Source: an uncultured Planctomycetales bacterium
Lineage (GTDB): Bacteria; Planctomycetota; Planctomycetia; Pirellulales; Pirellulaceae
Assembly: GCA_963785495.1 (NCBI GenBank)
Contig: CAWAVP010000025.1
Location: forward strand, 200,311-264,310
Length of the DNA: 64,000 nucleotides
Direction of reading: 5' to 3'
The notes beneath the pieces were generated by a model. It saw only the letters and a program-made list of their open reading frames with translations, was not told where the DNA came from and did not search any database. The translations under genes and the position numbers were made by a program. This document shows, in pieces, positions 45,442 to 56,523 of this stretch; the stretch's first letter is position 1, and each line of letters opens with the position of its first letter.

Positions 45442-46638
45442 ATGAAAGTCGAAAGATGGTTTGGACTTGTGTTGTTAATGGGCTGGTCATTGATCGGTGG
45501 GCAAACCACCATTGCGGCCGTGATTGATTGGGGAGCCGCGTTTGAAATAGAGACAGATGCGGATGTGGACGTGTCGCAGGAGATCGTCCGAGCTGTCAAT
45601 GTCGCCGATCCCAATTCCGTCGACGTGATTGAAGTCACTTTTCCCGGCGATGTTGTTGTCGAGTTTGAGCCGGAACATACATTCGAGTTTAACGAGGATT
45701 TAGGAGGAGTCGGCGGGGGCAACGTTACAGGTACAGATACATTCTTCACGGGACAAGACGCCGCGCTGACGACGGACAATCAAGACCTTGACACCGTGTT
45801 TAACAGTCATGGATGGGTAGGCGGCGGTCCGGACGGTGGGGCCATCGCGGTCTTAGAGTTGGCGGATCTGGTTGTCGGCGAAACGTACCAGATCCAGTTG
45901 ATCGGACCCGCCGATGATCGCGATTGCTGCGAATACCGCCAGTTACAGATTTGGGACGACGACTTAGAGCCGGTCAATGAAGACGTCTGGTTCGGGCGCA
46001 GTAACGACTTTGATCAAGACGGGGACCGCGGTCCAGGATCCGTCATTGGAACTTTTACCGCCGATGCGGATACACAGTACATCAACCTGGTGGGCGCGGC
46101 GGGCCTTGATGATGGGGACGGCAACGATTTTGGAGATGGCAACGATCCCGGCTTGTCGGCATACGTCCTTTCATTGTTTGGTGGCGCCACAGTTCCTGGC
46201 GACTTTAATGGCGACGGCGTGCTCGATTCGCTGGATATAGACGACCTGACCGGCAAGTCCGCCGAGGGCATGAATCCTGCCGAGTATGACTTGAACGGAG
46301 ATACAAAGGTGGACACAAACGACATCACCTTCTGGATCAAAGACCTGTACACCAGTTGGATCGGTGATGCCAATCTCGACGGCGAGTTCAATTCGGGCGA
46401 TCTGGTCGCCGTATTGAGCTCGGGGACGTACGAAGCCGACGTGGCAGCCGTCTGGTCGTCCGGGGACTTCAACGGCGACGGCCGAGCTGATTCCGGCGAC
46501 TTGGTGGCCGCGTTGTCCGACGGCGGTTATGAGCAAGGCCCCCGCGCAGCGGTGGCAGCGGTCGTCCCTGAGCCAAATTCGATCCTCCTTGCAATCTGCG
46601 GCGTCCTAGCCGTGATCGGACAGCGTCAGCGGCGCTAG
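45442..46638 (+). CDS. PEP-CTERM-anchored secreted protein with dockerin-like repeats
   Basis: ATG at 45442 with GAGGAG 6 nt upstream. Signal MKVERWFGLVLLMGWSLIGGQTTIAA. Calcium-binding-type repeats GDFNGDGVLDSLDID, DLNGDTKVDTNDI, GDANLDGEFNSGDLV and GDFNGDGRADSGDLV. The C-terminus VPEPNSILLAICGVLAVIGQRQRR is a PEP motif plus a TM helix plus a basic tail. Confidence 0.8.
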   Translation: MKVERWFGLVLLMGWSLIGGQTTIAAVIDWGAAFEIETDADVDVSQEIVRAVNVADPNSVDVIEVTFPGDVVVEFEPEHTFEFNEDLGGVGGGNVTGTDTFFTGQDAALTTDNQDLDTVFNSHGWVGGGPDGGAIAVLELADLVVGETYQIQLIGPADDRDCCEYRQLQIWDDDLEPVNEDVWFGRSNDFDQDGDRGPGSVIGTFTADADTQYINLVGAAGLDDGDGNDFGDGNDPGLSAYVLSLFGGATVPGDFNGDGVLDSLDIDDLTGKSAEGMNPAEYDLNGDTKVDTNDITFWIKDLYTSWIGDANLDGEFNSGDLVAVLSSGTYEADVAAVWSSGDFNGDGRADSGDLVAALSDGGYEQGPRAAVAAVVPEPNSILLAICGVLAVIGQRQRR

Positions 46639-47104
46639 GCCCTTGCGGGATTCAATACGAGAGTCGACGGATGTAACGTGGCGGCGATTCGCGTTGCCGT
46701 TTTCATCCAGCCACGTGAAGGGCGTCGCGTGGGTAACAACGCTCCCGCCGCGAGGGGCCGCTACGCCAGCGGCGGGTAAGGGCGCATTCGAGGAATGCGC
46801 AGTCAAATATCGCACTGGCCTCATCAGGCAACTGTCTCCCGGAGAGCTAAGGAACTCCTACGGGCGTTCAGTGCAGCTTTCCCGCGCGAAGTGGTGGCAT
46901 TCAGCCTTCGCGAGCCACCATGCGCTTCACCGCATCGCTCTCGGTTGTTGCGTCCTGTAAACGAGACGCCGTCGCCAGCTTTTCCTGGCTTCGAACCGAT
47001 ATCCCCGCTATCATACGGGCTTGGCGACGAACATCTTGTCCCACCATTGCAAGTGATTCCGCGCGGCAATGCTGGGACAACCATCTTGATCATCCGGAAC
47101 TATC

Positions 47105-50100
47105 ATGAAGCACATGGGTAGACGCTCACTTCGTACACATTTCCGTCGAAAACGTCCGACGCGCATGCGACAGATCGATGGGAGACTCGAGTCGCTGGAG
47201 CCGCGGGAACTGCTGGCGGGAGATCTGGTTGCCCACTGGTTGGCCGAGGATTTGAATGTCGCCGTTGGCCGACAATACCCCGGTGGAATCCTGGACCGAC
47301 GTGGTAGGCGGCGCGGTAGCGAACGCCGTGGGCGCTCCGTCGTTGGTACCAAACGAATTGGGAGGTTCGCGCCGTGGTGCGGTTCGATCCGAGCGATGGT
47401 GATGACGCCTTCGTAGTCGCTCGCGACGCTAACCCAACCGCCGGGGCCGATACCTTTTCAGTCGTCGTCGCCTTTGCCACCGACAGCTCGAATCTGGTAG
47501 GTGCCAATGGACCTTGGTACCAAAACACCGGGTTGGTGGATGGCAACAATTTGGGACTGACGACCGATTGGGGATTGTCGATCAACAGCACCGGCCAATT
47601 GAGCGCAGGCCTCAGTGGTGGACTGGGTGGGCAGTCAAAGACGGTCTATTCCACTGCCACGGGACTGAACGACGGTCAACTTCATGTTGCTACCTTGACG
47701 CGCAGCGGCAACACGATTTCCCTGTACGTCGACGATCAACCCGCAGACGTGCGCAACGACGCGGACGGTTCCACGCGTGCGAATATCGGATTTTCGATCG
47801 GGCGGCTCAACACACAAACGTTGCCGTTTACGGGCGACATCGCCGAAGTCCGCTTCTACGATGGAGCTCTCGATGACACAGAGGTCGCAACGATTAGTAG
47901 TGCCGTACGTGGGTTTTATAGCAATTCTCCGCCAGTGCCGATCGACGACACCTATACCCTGGCGGAAGACACGTCGTTCTTTTCCGTACGGCCACCTGGT
48001 GTGCTGGGCAACGATATCGACGCGGATAGTGACACATTGACGGCAGTGCTCGTGGAACCGACCCTGCACGGCAATGTGGGACTCCAGCCCAACGGTGGGT
48101 TCTTCTACGATTCGGACCTCGACTTCTTCGGCACCGACACGTTTACCTACCTCGCGGTCGATTTTCGCGGTTCGGAAATTGTCGGCACGGTAACGTTGGA
48201 AGTCACACCCGTTTACGATGCCGCCCGCGGAGTCGCCGATAGTTACAAGTCAATTCCATCGGAGACGCTAATCGTTGATGCAGGGAACGGCGTGCTGGCC
48301 AATGACGTAAATGTCGATCTGCTGGCGCCTCCACGCCGCGCTCAAGGATAACGTGACGAACGGCAATTTAACACTCAACGACGATGGCTCGTTCCGCTAC
48401 GATCCGCAGGGCTTTTCGGGCGACGCGACCTTCACATATCAGATTGACGATGGCGTCCAACTGTCGAATCCGATCACCGTGACACTGGTCGTGAACACCG
48501 CGCCGACCGCCACGGCCGACACCTATCAAATCCCGGAAGATACCGTCCTAACAACCACGTCCGCCACAGGCGTTTTGGGCAATGACACCGACGCCGACGG
48601 CAACGCCCTCACCGCCGAGATCGAAGACTCGACAGTACACGGCCAACTGACATTTAACGCCGATGGCTCCTTCCTGTATGGTCCGGACGCGAATTATTTC
48701 GGCGCGGATTCGTTTTCCTATCGCGTCACAGACGGTGTGGACACTTCGTCTGTGATCCAGGTACAGCTCGACGTACAGAGTGTCAACGATGCCCCTTCTG
48801 CGGCCGACGACGCGTATTTCACTTTGCCCGGCCGTGCACTCGCGATTTCCGCCGCATTTGGCGTGCTGACAAATGACGCGGATGTCGAAAACGCGGATCT
48901 CGTTGCAGCCCTCGTGAGTAGACCTTCACACGGGCAGATTGGGTTGTCTGCGGACGGCTCGTTTACTTACACACCCGATGCGGGGTATCAAGGGACCGAC
49001 ACGTTCACGTACCGCGCCGGCGATGGGCAGTCGCAATCCGATCCGGCATCCGTCACGCTGACCATCACACCTCGGCCGCTCGCGATCAGCGAAGTCATGG
49101 CCTCGAATGCCGACACGTTGATCACGATGCTACGCGCCGCGCCGACGGACGAGTTCGTCGGCGAGCAACTATCTCCCGATTGGTTCGAACTACACAACCT
49201 GCTGGGACAACCGATCGACATCGGGGGTCTGCATTTGACCGATAATCGCGATAACGCGATGAAATGGCAGGTACCTGCGGGAACGGTGATACCTGCGTCG
49301 GGTTACCTTGTCGTCTTTGCATCCGGACTGGACATTCGTGATACGGAGTTGGATGAAAACGGCCTGCTGCACACGAACTTTCAATTGGATCCGAACGGCG
49401 AGTACTTGGCCATCACGAGCCCGTCTGGAGCGGTCATTGATGCGTTCGATCCTTATCCGCAGATGCGAACGCATATCAGCTATGGCGTCGACGACAGCGG
49501 TAACGCCCAGTACTTTGAGAATCCCACTCCCGGCAATACAAATACGGCCGGAGTGGTGGGCTTGGTCGAAGACACGCAATTCAGCGTCAAACGCGGGTTC
49601 TACAGCGAGCCATTCCAGCTGACCATTAGCACGGCAACCCAGGGAGCGCAAATCCGGTATACGACTGACGGGACCATTCCTACAGACAGCAACGGCACCA
49701 TTTACGAAGGCCCCATAACGATCTCAGGGACGACGACCTTGCGGCGCGGGCCTTTCACGATGGTATGGTCGCGACCAACACCGACACGCAGTCGTATTTC
49801 TTCGTCGCCGACATCGTACAGCAAGATGCGCAAACAACCCTTGACGCGGGGTTTCCCAATTCCTGGCGTTCCACCTCACCCGATTACGGCTTGGATGATC
49901 TGGACGAGTTTCCCCGCATTGCCGGCGACGTGGATATGTCGGTCGAGGAAGCATCGGCCAAAATCCAGGATTCATTGCTGTCGATACCATCACTTTCGAT
50001 CGTGCTGAACGTCGACGACATGTTTGGGACGCGGGGGATCTACACCAATCCCGATAGCCACGGACTGGCATGGAGATGCCCTACTTCCGTGGAATTAATT

Positions 50101-52488
50101 AACCCAGACGGTACCGAGGGTTTTCAGATTGACTCGGGAATACGCATCCAAGGAGGCGCCTTCCGTGGCTTCGGGCTAACGAAAAAGAAGTCCTTCCGAT
50201 TGCTGTTCAAAACGACATACGGTCCCGGCAAACTGAATTATCCCTTGTTTGGTGCGGACGCCACCGATCAATTCGATACGCTCACATTACGCATGGAATC
50301 AAACGACGGTTGGCAATGGGATGGTGCTGGCGGACAACCGCAATATGCACGCGATGAGTTCTTGCGCAGAACGCAGTTGGCTATGGGACAACCTGCCTCC
50401 CACGGAAAAAACGTGCACTTGTACATCAATGGGATGTACTGGGGCATGTACAACATGGTAGAGCGACCGGACGAATCCTTTGGAGAGGCATATTTCGGAT
50501 CCTATGGGTACGATTGGGACGGACAGAATTCAGGGACCGCCATCAACGCCGACGGGGACTCTTACCGCGCTCGCCGTTCCATCGACTCTTGGCGGACGCT
50601 GACGTCACTGACCGATGACATTCGCACGGCGGATACAGAAGAGGCCAAAACGGCCGCCTATATGACGGCCCAGGGACTGAATCCGGACGGCAGTGACAAT
50701 CCCGAGCTGGAAAAATACCTGGACCCGGTCAACTATGCCGACTATCTGATCGCCAATTACTACGGGGGCAATGCCGATTGGCCCTTCAAAAACTACTATT
50801 TTCGGCGAAAAACAGCCCGGATAGCGACGGCTTCAAGTTCTTCATGTGGGACGCGGAATGGTCATTGCTGCTGCGCAGTAACCAAGGTCCCAGTCTGGTG
50901 ACAAATTCACAGGGAGTCGCCGATCCGTTTCGTGATTTGCGGACCAGTCAGGAGTTTCGTCTGCTGTTTGCTGACCGCGTCCACAAGCATCTCTTTAATG
51001 GCGGCGCATTGTACGTGGACGCCGAAAACCCTCAGTGGGATCCGGACCATCCGGAGCGCAACGTGCCGGCAGCGCGTTATGTGGAGTTCACGGACACGAT
51101 CTATGACGCGCTGCTCGCCGAATCGGCTCGCTGGGGTGACCAGCATCGCAGCAGCCGCGCGTATACACGGGACGCCGAGTGGCAACGCGAATTCGACCGC
51201 ATCATGAACAGCTGGTTCCCGCAGCGGACGTTTCAATTGCTGGATATTTTCAAATCACTCGACTTATATCCGCCAACGAACGTACCGACGTTCAACCAGC
51301 GAGGCGGATCGATCGCGGCAGATACCGATGTGACGTTGTCGGTCGATGCGGGAACGATCTATTACACACTCGACGGCAGCGACCCACGAATGATTGGCAG
51401 TGAGGTAAATCCGGCCGCCGTCGAATATCGAGGGGCATTCCGTTTACCCGAATCCGGCGTCGTGCGCGTGCGTGCATTGAACGATGGTGCGTGGTCCGCG
51501 ATCGACGAGGCGGAATTCTTGGTCGACGTCGCGCCTGCGGGTCCAGAAAACCTGCGTATCGCCGAAGTTCACTACAATCCGGGAGCGACGACGGCAGCCG
51601 AAGTGGCGGCTGGATTCGACGACAAGGACGAATTCGAATTCATTGAGTTCGTCAATATCTCAAACCAGACGGTCGACTTGGCCAATGTACGATTGGCGCG
51701 AAATCGCGGTCGGCCCCGATGTGATGGGAGTGGACTTCGATTTTTCGCAGTCAGCAATCCAACGCTTGGCGTCAGGCGAGCGTGTGTTGGTCGTAGAGAA
51801 TCAGGCCGCCTTTGAATTCCGCTACGGGCAACAACTGCCGGTGGCAGGAGCCTGGTCTGGTGGTTTGAACAACAATTCGGAAACCATCACCGTAATGACA
51901 AATGGCTCCATCCTGCAGCAATTCACCTATCAGGACGACTGGCATACCACCACAGACGGAGATGGAATGTCGCTGGAAATCATTGACGCCAGCGCCGACT
52001 TGGACGATTGGAATGTGGGGACGAGTTGGCAGCCGAGTTCCCTGTTGGGCGGTACGCCGGGGACCGGCCCGGCCAGCCAGCTGCCAGGAGATGCCAACGG
52101 CGACGGCGTGTTTAATTCCTCCGACCTCGTCACGGTATTCGCTGCGGGTGAATACGAAGATGGCATTGTCGGCAATTCGACGTTCGAGGAAGGCGATTGG
52201 AACGGCGATGGCGATTTCACGACATCCGATCTTGTCTTCGCATTGCAGCAGGGGAATTACGTGGCGGAAAGCGTCCCAGCGGCAAGTCGTATCGGCGAAC
52301 AGGTCGAGGACGCAACCTCCCTGGTCGCCGAAATGACCTCCCGTCCTCCCCGCTTGGTCTCCCCGGACGGCGAACGGGATTTGATCTTTGCCGAGTGGTC
52401 TGGTGACCGTCCGTCAGCTTTCGGTGTCGACAAAACATGGGACCAGGAACATGAGCCAGGTAACGGAGAACTCGATCCGTGGGTGTGA
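47105..52488 (+). pseudogene. second giant secreted protein, paralogous architecture: LamG, four tandem-95 Ig-like repeats, LTD, CotH kinase-like domain, LTD, dockerin-like repeats; frame broken at least 6 times
   Basis: Fragments: 47105..47416, a third-frame stretch ~47271-47368 (DNTPVESWTDVVGGAVANAVGAPSLVPNELGGS), 47374..48351, 48311..50008, 49765..50901, 50778..51815 and 51484..52488. LamG: ..GDIAEVRFYDGALDDTEV. LTD: ISEVMASN..DWFELHN. CotH: GIRIQGGAFRGFGLTKKKSFRLLFK..VHLYINGMYWGMYNMVERPDE..YYGGNADWPFKNYYF|.KNSPDSDGFKFFMWDAEWSL. Second LTD: IAEVHYNPG..FEFIEFVN. Dockerin-like: GDANGDGVFNSSDLV..GDWNGDGDFTTSDLV. The LamG region is roughly half identical by eye to the first giant. Confidence 0.85.
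47929..49075 (+). repeat. four tandem ~280-290-bp Ig-like 'tandem-95' repeats inside the second giant gene
   Basis: Repeat starts are at about 47929 (PPVPIDDTYTLAEDTSF), 48221 (ARGVADSYKSIPSETL), 48500 (APTATADTYQIPEDTV) and 48791 (APSAADDAYFTLPGRA), each with GVL.ND.D.D...L.A and DGSF.Y.P. Confidence 0.8.
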
Positions 52489-52503
52489 CGCTACCGACGG
52501 TGC

Positions 52504-53148
52504 CTAGACCAACAGGCCCTGAGTCATATCCCAGCCGCATTGTTGGGCATGCGGCAACAGTCTATACAAGACGGTCAGCGTCTTGGGATTGTTGTCGTGC
52601 AGTAACAGGACGTCGCGCGGCTGGATGTGTTGGACGACGTATTCGGCCAACTGCTCTCCCGGATGAGACTTTCGGCGTCCCCATTCGCCTGCCTCAATCG
52701 ACCAATAGATGATCTTGTGTCGCGACGCGAGCATGGCGGGAAGATTATGGAGGTTGATTTCACCGCGGGGAGGACGAAACAGCCGGGTCTGCACTCCGGC
52801 GACGTCAAACATCACTTGCTGTGCTCGGCGAATCTCCTGCAGATACTGAGCGTTTGTGTAGCGTCGCCCATGTCTGCCATCGAAATGGCTATACGTGTGG
52901 TTGCCCAACATGTGACCTCGGTCCCGAATTTCGTGGACCAATTGCGGATGGGCCTCGACATTTCGTCCGATGGGAAAGAAGACTGCCTTCGCGCCGTACT
53001 CATCTAATAACTGCAGCACCTGTGGCGTCAATTCCGGATCGGGGCCGTCATCGAAGGTCAGCACAATGCCGTCGGTATTATGGCGACTGGAGAAATAGAT
53101 TAGGCGATTATCAAGCAATCGCTTCAAGCCACGTCGCACGGACTTCAT
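52504..53148 (-). CDS. polysaccharide deacetylase (NodB-homology, CE4) family protein
   Basis: IVLTFDDGPDPELT (TFDDG motif), AKAVFFPIG, GHMLGNHTYSH (H-x4-H metal motif), LFRPPRGE. ATG at 53148 (the track start 53151 is GTG). Last gene of a four-gene minus-strand block. Confidence 0.85.
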   Translation of the reverse strand: MKSVRRGLKRLLDNRLIYFSSRHNTDGIVLTFDDGPDPELTPQVLQLLDEYGAKAVFFPIGRNVEAHPQLVHEIRDRGHMLGNHTYSHFDGRHGRRYTNAQYLQEIRRAQQVMFDVAGVQTRLFRPPRGEINLHNLPAMLASRHKIIYWSIEAGEWGRRKSHPGEQLAEYVVQHIQPRDVLLLHDNNPKTLTVLYRLLPHAQQCGWDMTQGLLV

Positions 53149-53209
53149 CACTCGGCCTTTGCCTTTTCAGCTGCGGGCGATCCGACCCGACGTGTCGATC
53201 CATGCAACT

Positions 53210-53575
53210 TCAATACATCACATACACGAACGGCGAGATTTCGTCAGTTTCCTGCTGTGATCGTTTCAGACTTTCCGCCAGTTTGGCAAGTTGCGGTGCC
53301 AACTTACAAAGCTCCTCGTAGCCCTGGCTACTCCACAATTCATTCAACGCCTGAGCCAGTTCGCCGGGGTGTCGACACGACCCGCTTTCAAAGTCCTGCT
53401 TGGACATTTTGGTCTGTGAACGACGTATATAGTACGACGACAAATCGGGATCAGGATTCCCCGCCAAGAGCTCTCGTCCCTCACGTCGGTACTGTGCGGC
53501 GATACCCAAAAGCTCGCTGCGGAAGAACTTTTTCAGTCGGCGATCGTGCGGTGGTGTTTTGGTGGCAATGTTCAT
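53210..53575 (-). CDS. hypothetical protein (121 aa) embedded in the glycan-tailoring operon
   Basis: The ATG lies 5 nt after the carbamoyltransferase stop, so the two are probably translationally coupled. I recognise no motif. It is hydrophilic with two Cys. It is supported by operon position only. Confidence 0.45.
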   Translation of the reverse strand: MNIATKTPPHDRRLKKFFRSELLGIAAQYRREGRELLAGNPDPDLSSYYIRRSQTKMSKQDFESGSCRHPGELAQALNELWSSQGYEELCKLAPQLAKLAESLKRSQQETDEISPFVYVMY

Positions 53576-53580
53576 GGAGC

Positions 53581-55425
53581 TTAGTCATTCCCGTACTTAT
53601 TTCGCCAATCCTCAGTTTCTTCGAATTCCGGCTGATCTTCTTTCCACAACAAAAACTCTTCCATCACGAGCAGATCCATTTCCGTTCTCATGAAGCACGT
53701 ATAAGCGTCCTGAGGATTGCAGACAATCGGCTCGCCACGCACATTGAAAGACGTGTTGACGACAACACCGTAACCGGTTTGCTGCTTAAAGGCGTCGATC
53801 AATCGATAGAGTTCGGGATTGGTGTTTTCGTGGACGGTTTGGATCCGAGCGCTATAGTCGACGTGTGTGATGGCTGGCAAATCGGAACGAGGCTGACTGA
53901 CGATCTTCAATAGGTCTCCGTCCTGATCATCAATCGCGTCGTGATTGAACGGCAACCGACGGTCCTCATCAACGGGTGCGACCAGCAGCATGTAGGGGCT
54001 ATCCCCTTCCAACTCGAAATAGTCGGAAACATCCTCGGCCAGGACAGCGGGCGCAAAGGGGCGAAAGGATTCGCGATACTTGATCTTCAAGTTCATCACG
54101 CGCTGCGTATCGGGATTCCGCGGATCACCCAAAATGGATCGGCCGCCCAACGCGCGCGGCCCGAACTCCATCCGTCCGGTAAACAAGCCCGCGACCTTAC
54201 CCGCCGCCAAGGCCTCGGCGATGCGGCGGGCGCGTGCGTCTGGGTCGGGTACATGTTCGTAGACATAGTCATTGCGTTCCAGAAATGCGCGGACTTCGTG
54301 AGGCTGATAGCACGGCCCCAGATAGCTGCCGAATTGATCGTCACCGCTGGTGGCGGTCCTGCGCCGGGGCACGTCAAAGTATTGATGAGCCGTCAACAGC
54401 GCCGCCCCCAAGGCTCCGCCGGCATCGCCGGCTGCCGGCTGAATCCAGATGCGGTCAAAGATGTGCTCTCGCAGCAGCACTCCGTTGGCGACACAGTTCA
54501 GTGCCACACCGCCCGCCAAAGTCAGATGTGGCGAACGGGTAAGGTCGCGTGCGTGTCGCGCCAACTGCAGAACCGCTTGGGTCGTCACGGCCTGGATGGA
54601 TGCCGCCAAATCCATCTCGCGCTGCGTGATTCGCGATTCGGGCTGACGCGGTGGACCGCCAAAAAGGTTACTGAATCGATCGTTCGTCATCACGGAACCG
54701 TCGATGTAACCGAAATAATCGAGATCCAAACGATACGATCCGTCGTCTCGCAGATCGATCAGATGATCCAGGATTTTCTGCGCGTAAACGGGTCGGCCGT
54801 ACGGCGCCAGGCCCATCAATTTGTATTCGCCCGAATTAACTTTGAATCCACAGAAGTACGTAAACGCACTGTAGAGCAGTCCCAACGAATGCGGATACTG
54901 GATTTCTTCCAGCAATTCGATTTGATTGCCCGTACCGTGGCCGATGGTCGTTGTCGCCCATTCGCCCACGCCGTCGACCGTCAGAATCGCGGCCTCGGCA
55001 AATGGCGAAGGGAAAAAGGCCGATGCAGCGTGGGCCATGTGATGTTCCGTATAGAGCACTTGCCCCGCCTTGCCGACCGTCCCCAATCGGTCCTGAACAA
55101 AGTCGTCCATCCAGAGTTTGATACCCAGGATGGCACTGGCGGCCTTTTGAAACTGCTCGGCGGCAGCTTCGCCAGCATACAGACAGTTCTTGACGACGCG
55201 ATCCCACGTCCAAAGCGGCTTGTCGTAGAACACGACAGCATCCAACTGCTCTGTCTCGATGAACGCCTCTTCCAAGCAATAGTTGATCGCGTGATGAGGA
55301 AAGCGAGGATCGTGACGTTGCCGCGTAAAACGCTCTTCCTGCGCGGCCGCAATGATTTCGCCGTCGCGAACCAGCGCAGCCGCTGCATCATGATAAAAAG
55401 CAGAAATGCCGAGGATGTGTTTCAC
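53581..55425 (-). CDS. carbamoyltransferase (NodU/CmcH family)
   Basis: Intact 614-aa ORF with a GTG start. ILGISAFYHDAAAALVRDGEIIAAAQEERFTR, YTEHHMAHAASAF, LTLAGGVALNCVANG and the C-terminal domain ..FRPFAPAVL..DYSARIQTV..VVNTSFNVRGEPIV. Confidence 0.92.
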   Translation of the reverse strand: MKHILGISAFYHDAAAALVRDGEIIAAAQEERFTRQRHDPRFPHHAINYCLEEAFIETEQLDAVVFYDKPLWTWDRVVKNCLYAGEAAAEQFQKAASAILGIKLWMDDFVQDRLGTVGKAGQVLYTEHHMAHAASAFFPSPFAEAAILTVDGVGEWATTTIGHGTGNQIELLEEIQYPHSLGLLYSAFTYFCGFKVNSGEYKLMGLAPYGRPVYAQKILDHLIDLRDDGSYRLDLDYFGYIDGSVMTNDRFSNLFGGPPRQPESRITQREMDLAASIQAVTTQAVLQLARHARDLTRSPHLTLAGGVALNCVANGVLLREHIFDRIWIQPAAGDAGGALGAALLTAHQYFDVPRRRTATSGDDQFGSYLGPCYQPHEVRAFLERNDYVYEHVPDPDARARRIAEALAAGKVAGLFTGRMEFGPRALGGRSILGDPRNPDTQRVMNLKIKYRESFRPFAPAVLAEDVSDYFELEGDSPYMLLVAPVDEDRRLPFNHDAIDDQDGDLLKIVSQPRSDLPAITHVDYSARIQTVHENTNPELYRLIDAFKQQTGYGVVVNTSFNVRGEPIVCNPQDAYTCFMRTEMDLLVMEEFLLWKEDQPEFEETEDWRNKYGND

Positions 55426-55476
55426 AGTCGTTCGAGGTCTTTTCTTTGATGGAATGGAACTGGTCCGCTGGAGGCA

Positions 55477-56523
55477 TCAGCGTGCCGACGTCGAGACCGC
55501 GGCGGGTATCATGCGTGTAACGTGTCTGGCCAAGCTACGGGCGACGGCCTCATGACCTGAGCGTGTTAAGTGTCCGTCCTGAAAATAGAACCTCTTTCGC
55601 TCGTCGGGTGAGTAGCTCTGCAGGTCGGTCAGCGGATCAAAGAAAAACCCGTCCGCTCCCTCTGCGGCCTCGCGTAATCGCTGCTGATACGCCGTCGGAT
55701 CGGCAATTCCCCAGACGTGATGAAACAAGGGAATCGGTACAATCAAGACGGGCTGTGGATTGTCTCGAATCCACGTCTGTAGGATCGCCCGCATAACTCG
55801 CCACGGTCCGTAGTTCGGATCATCGTATTCTTTGATCGGCTGATAACGCATCAGCTTCAGCGCTTGATCCTTCAGTCCGCCAGAGTTTAAGGTGCGTTCC
55901 AAGGAAGGATTGGAACAGACGCGCTGCATCCATTCTCTCAGCTTCGGGAAGCGGACATGGGCTGCGACATGCCGACGTTGTCCCGAGTTCAACTCCTCGG
56001 GCTTGTAAGGCTTCTTCCGGGGCGGCACACCCTTTAGCTGTAATTGCTCACCGTCCAATTCGAAATACGGCTTCTCGAACACGATCGGCCGCTCGTCCCG
56101 ATCTCGCCACATACGATAACGCGACGCCACCCGACGGATGTTCTCCACAAAGACCGCCACAATCAGCAAGTCGTGCTCAATGTCCCGAGCATACTCGCGG
56201 TACAACAAATACTGCTGATCTGTACCGCTGCCCGAAAGACCAAAGTTGTAGGTCTCCGTATCCGGCGCGAAGTCCTCTATACGGTCACTAAAACGATAAC
56301 CGTTTGATACGCCCTGACCCGCCGTGAAGCTGTCTCCAAACACCAGTACGCGACGCAGGCTGGGGTCCTTCGATAACTGATATTCCCGGTCGCTCTGGAA
56401 CCCCTGCTCATTCGTTCGGATCAAATACCCGCCCCCTTCGTGCTCAATACGAGCCCGAATGTTGGGGATGAACCGATAACCGACCACCGGATCGTACTGA
56501 TATATCTGCCGTATCTGTCGCAT
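55477..56523 (-). CDS. SGNH/GDSL-family hydrolase
   Basis: Intact 348-aa ORF. Block I VLVFGDSFTAG, block II FGLSGSGTD, block V FQDGHLT (D-x-x-H). First gene of the minus-strand block 56523..52504. Confidence 0.8.
   Translation of the reverse strand: MRQIRQIYQYDPVVGYRFIPNIRARIEHEGGGYLIRTNEQGFQSDREYQLSKDPSLRRVLVFGDSFTAGQGVSNGYRFSDRIEDFAPDTETYNFGLSGSGTDQQYLLYREYARDIEHDLLIVAVFVENIRRVASRYRMWRDRDERPIVFEKPYFELDGEQLQLKGVPPRKKPYKPEELNSGQRRHVAAHVRFPKLREWMQRVCSNPSLERTLNSGGLKDQALKLMRYQPIKEYDDPNYGPWRVMRAILQTWIRDNPQPVLIVPIPLFHHVWGIADPTAYQQRLREAAEGADGFFFDPLTDLQSYSPDERKRFYFQDGHLTRSGHEAVARSLARHVTRMIPAAVSTSAR

Noticed and set aside
45442-52488. A cellulosome-like cohesin-dockerin system.
   Set aside because: Dockerin-like repeats are present on three proteins, but no cohesin-like module or scaffoldin is visible in the window. 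The repeats may simply be calcium-binding stabilising modules.
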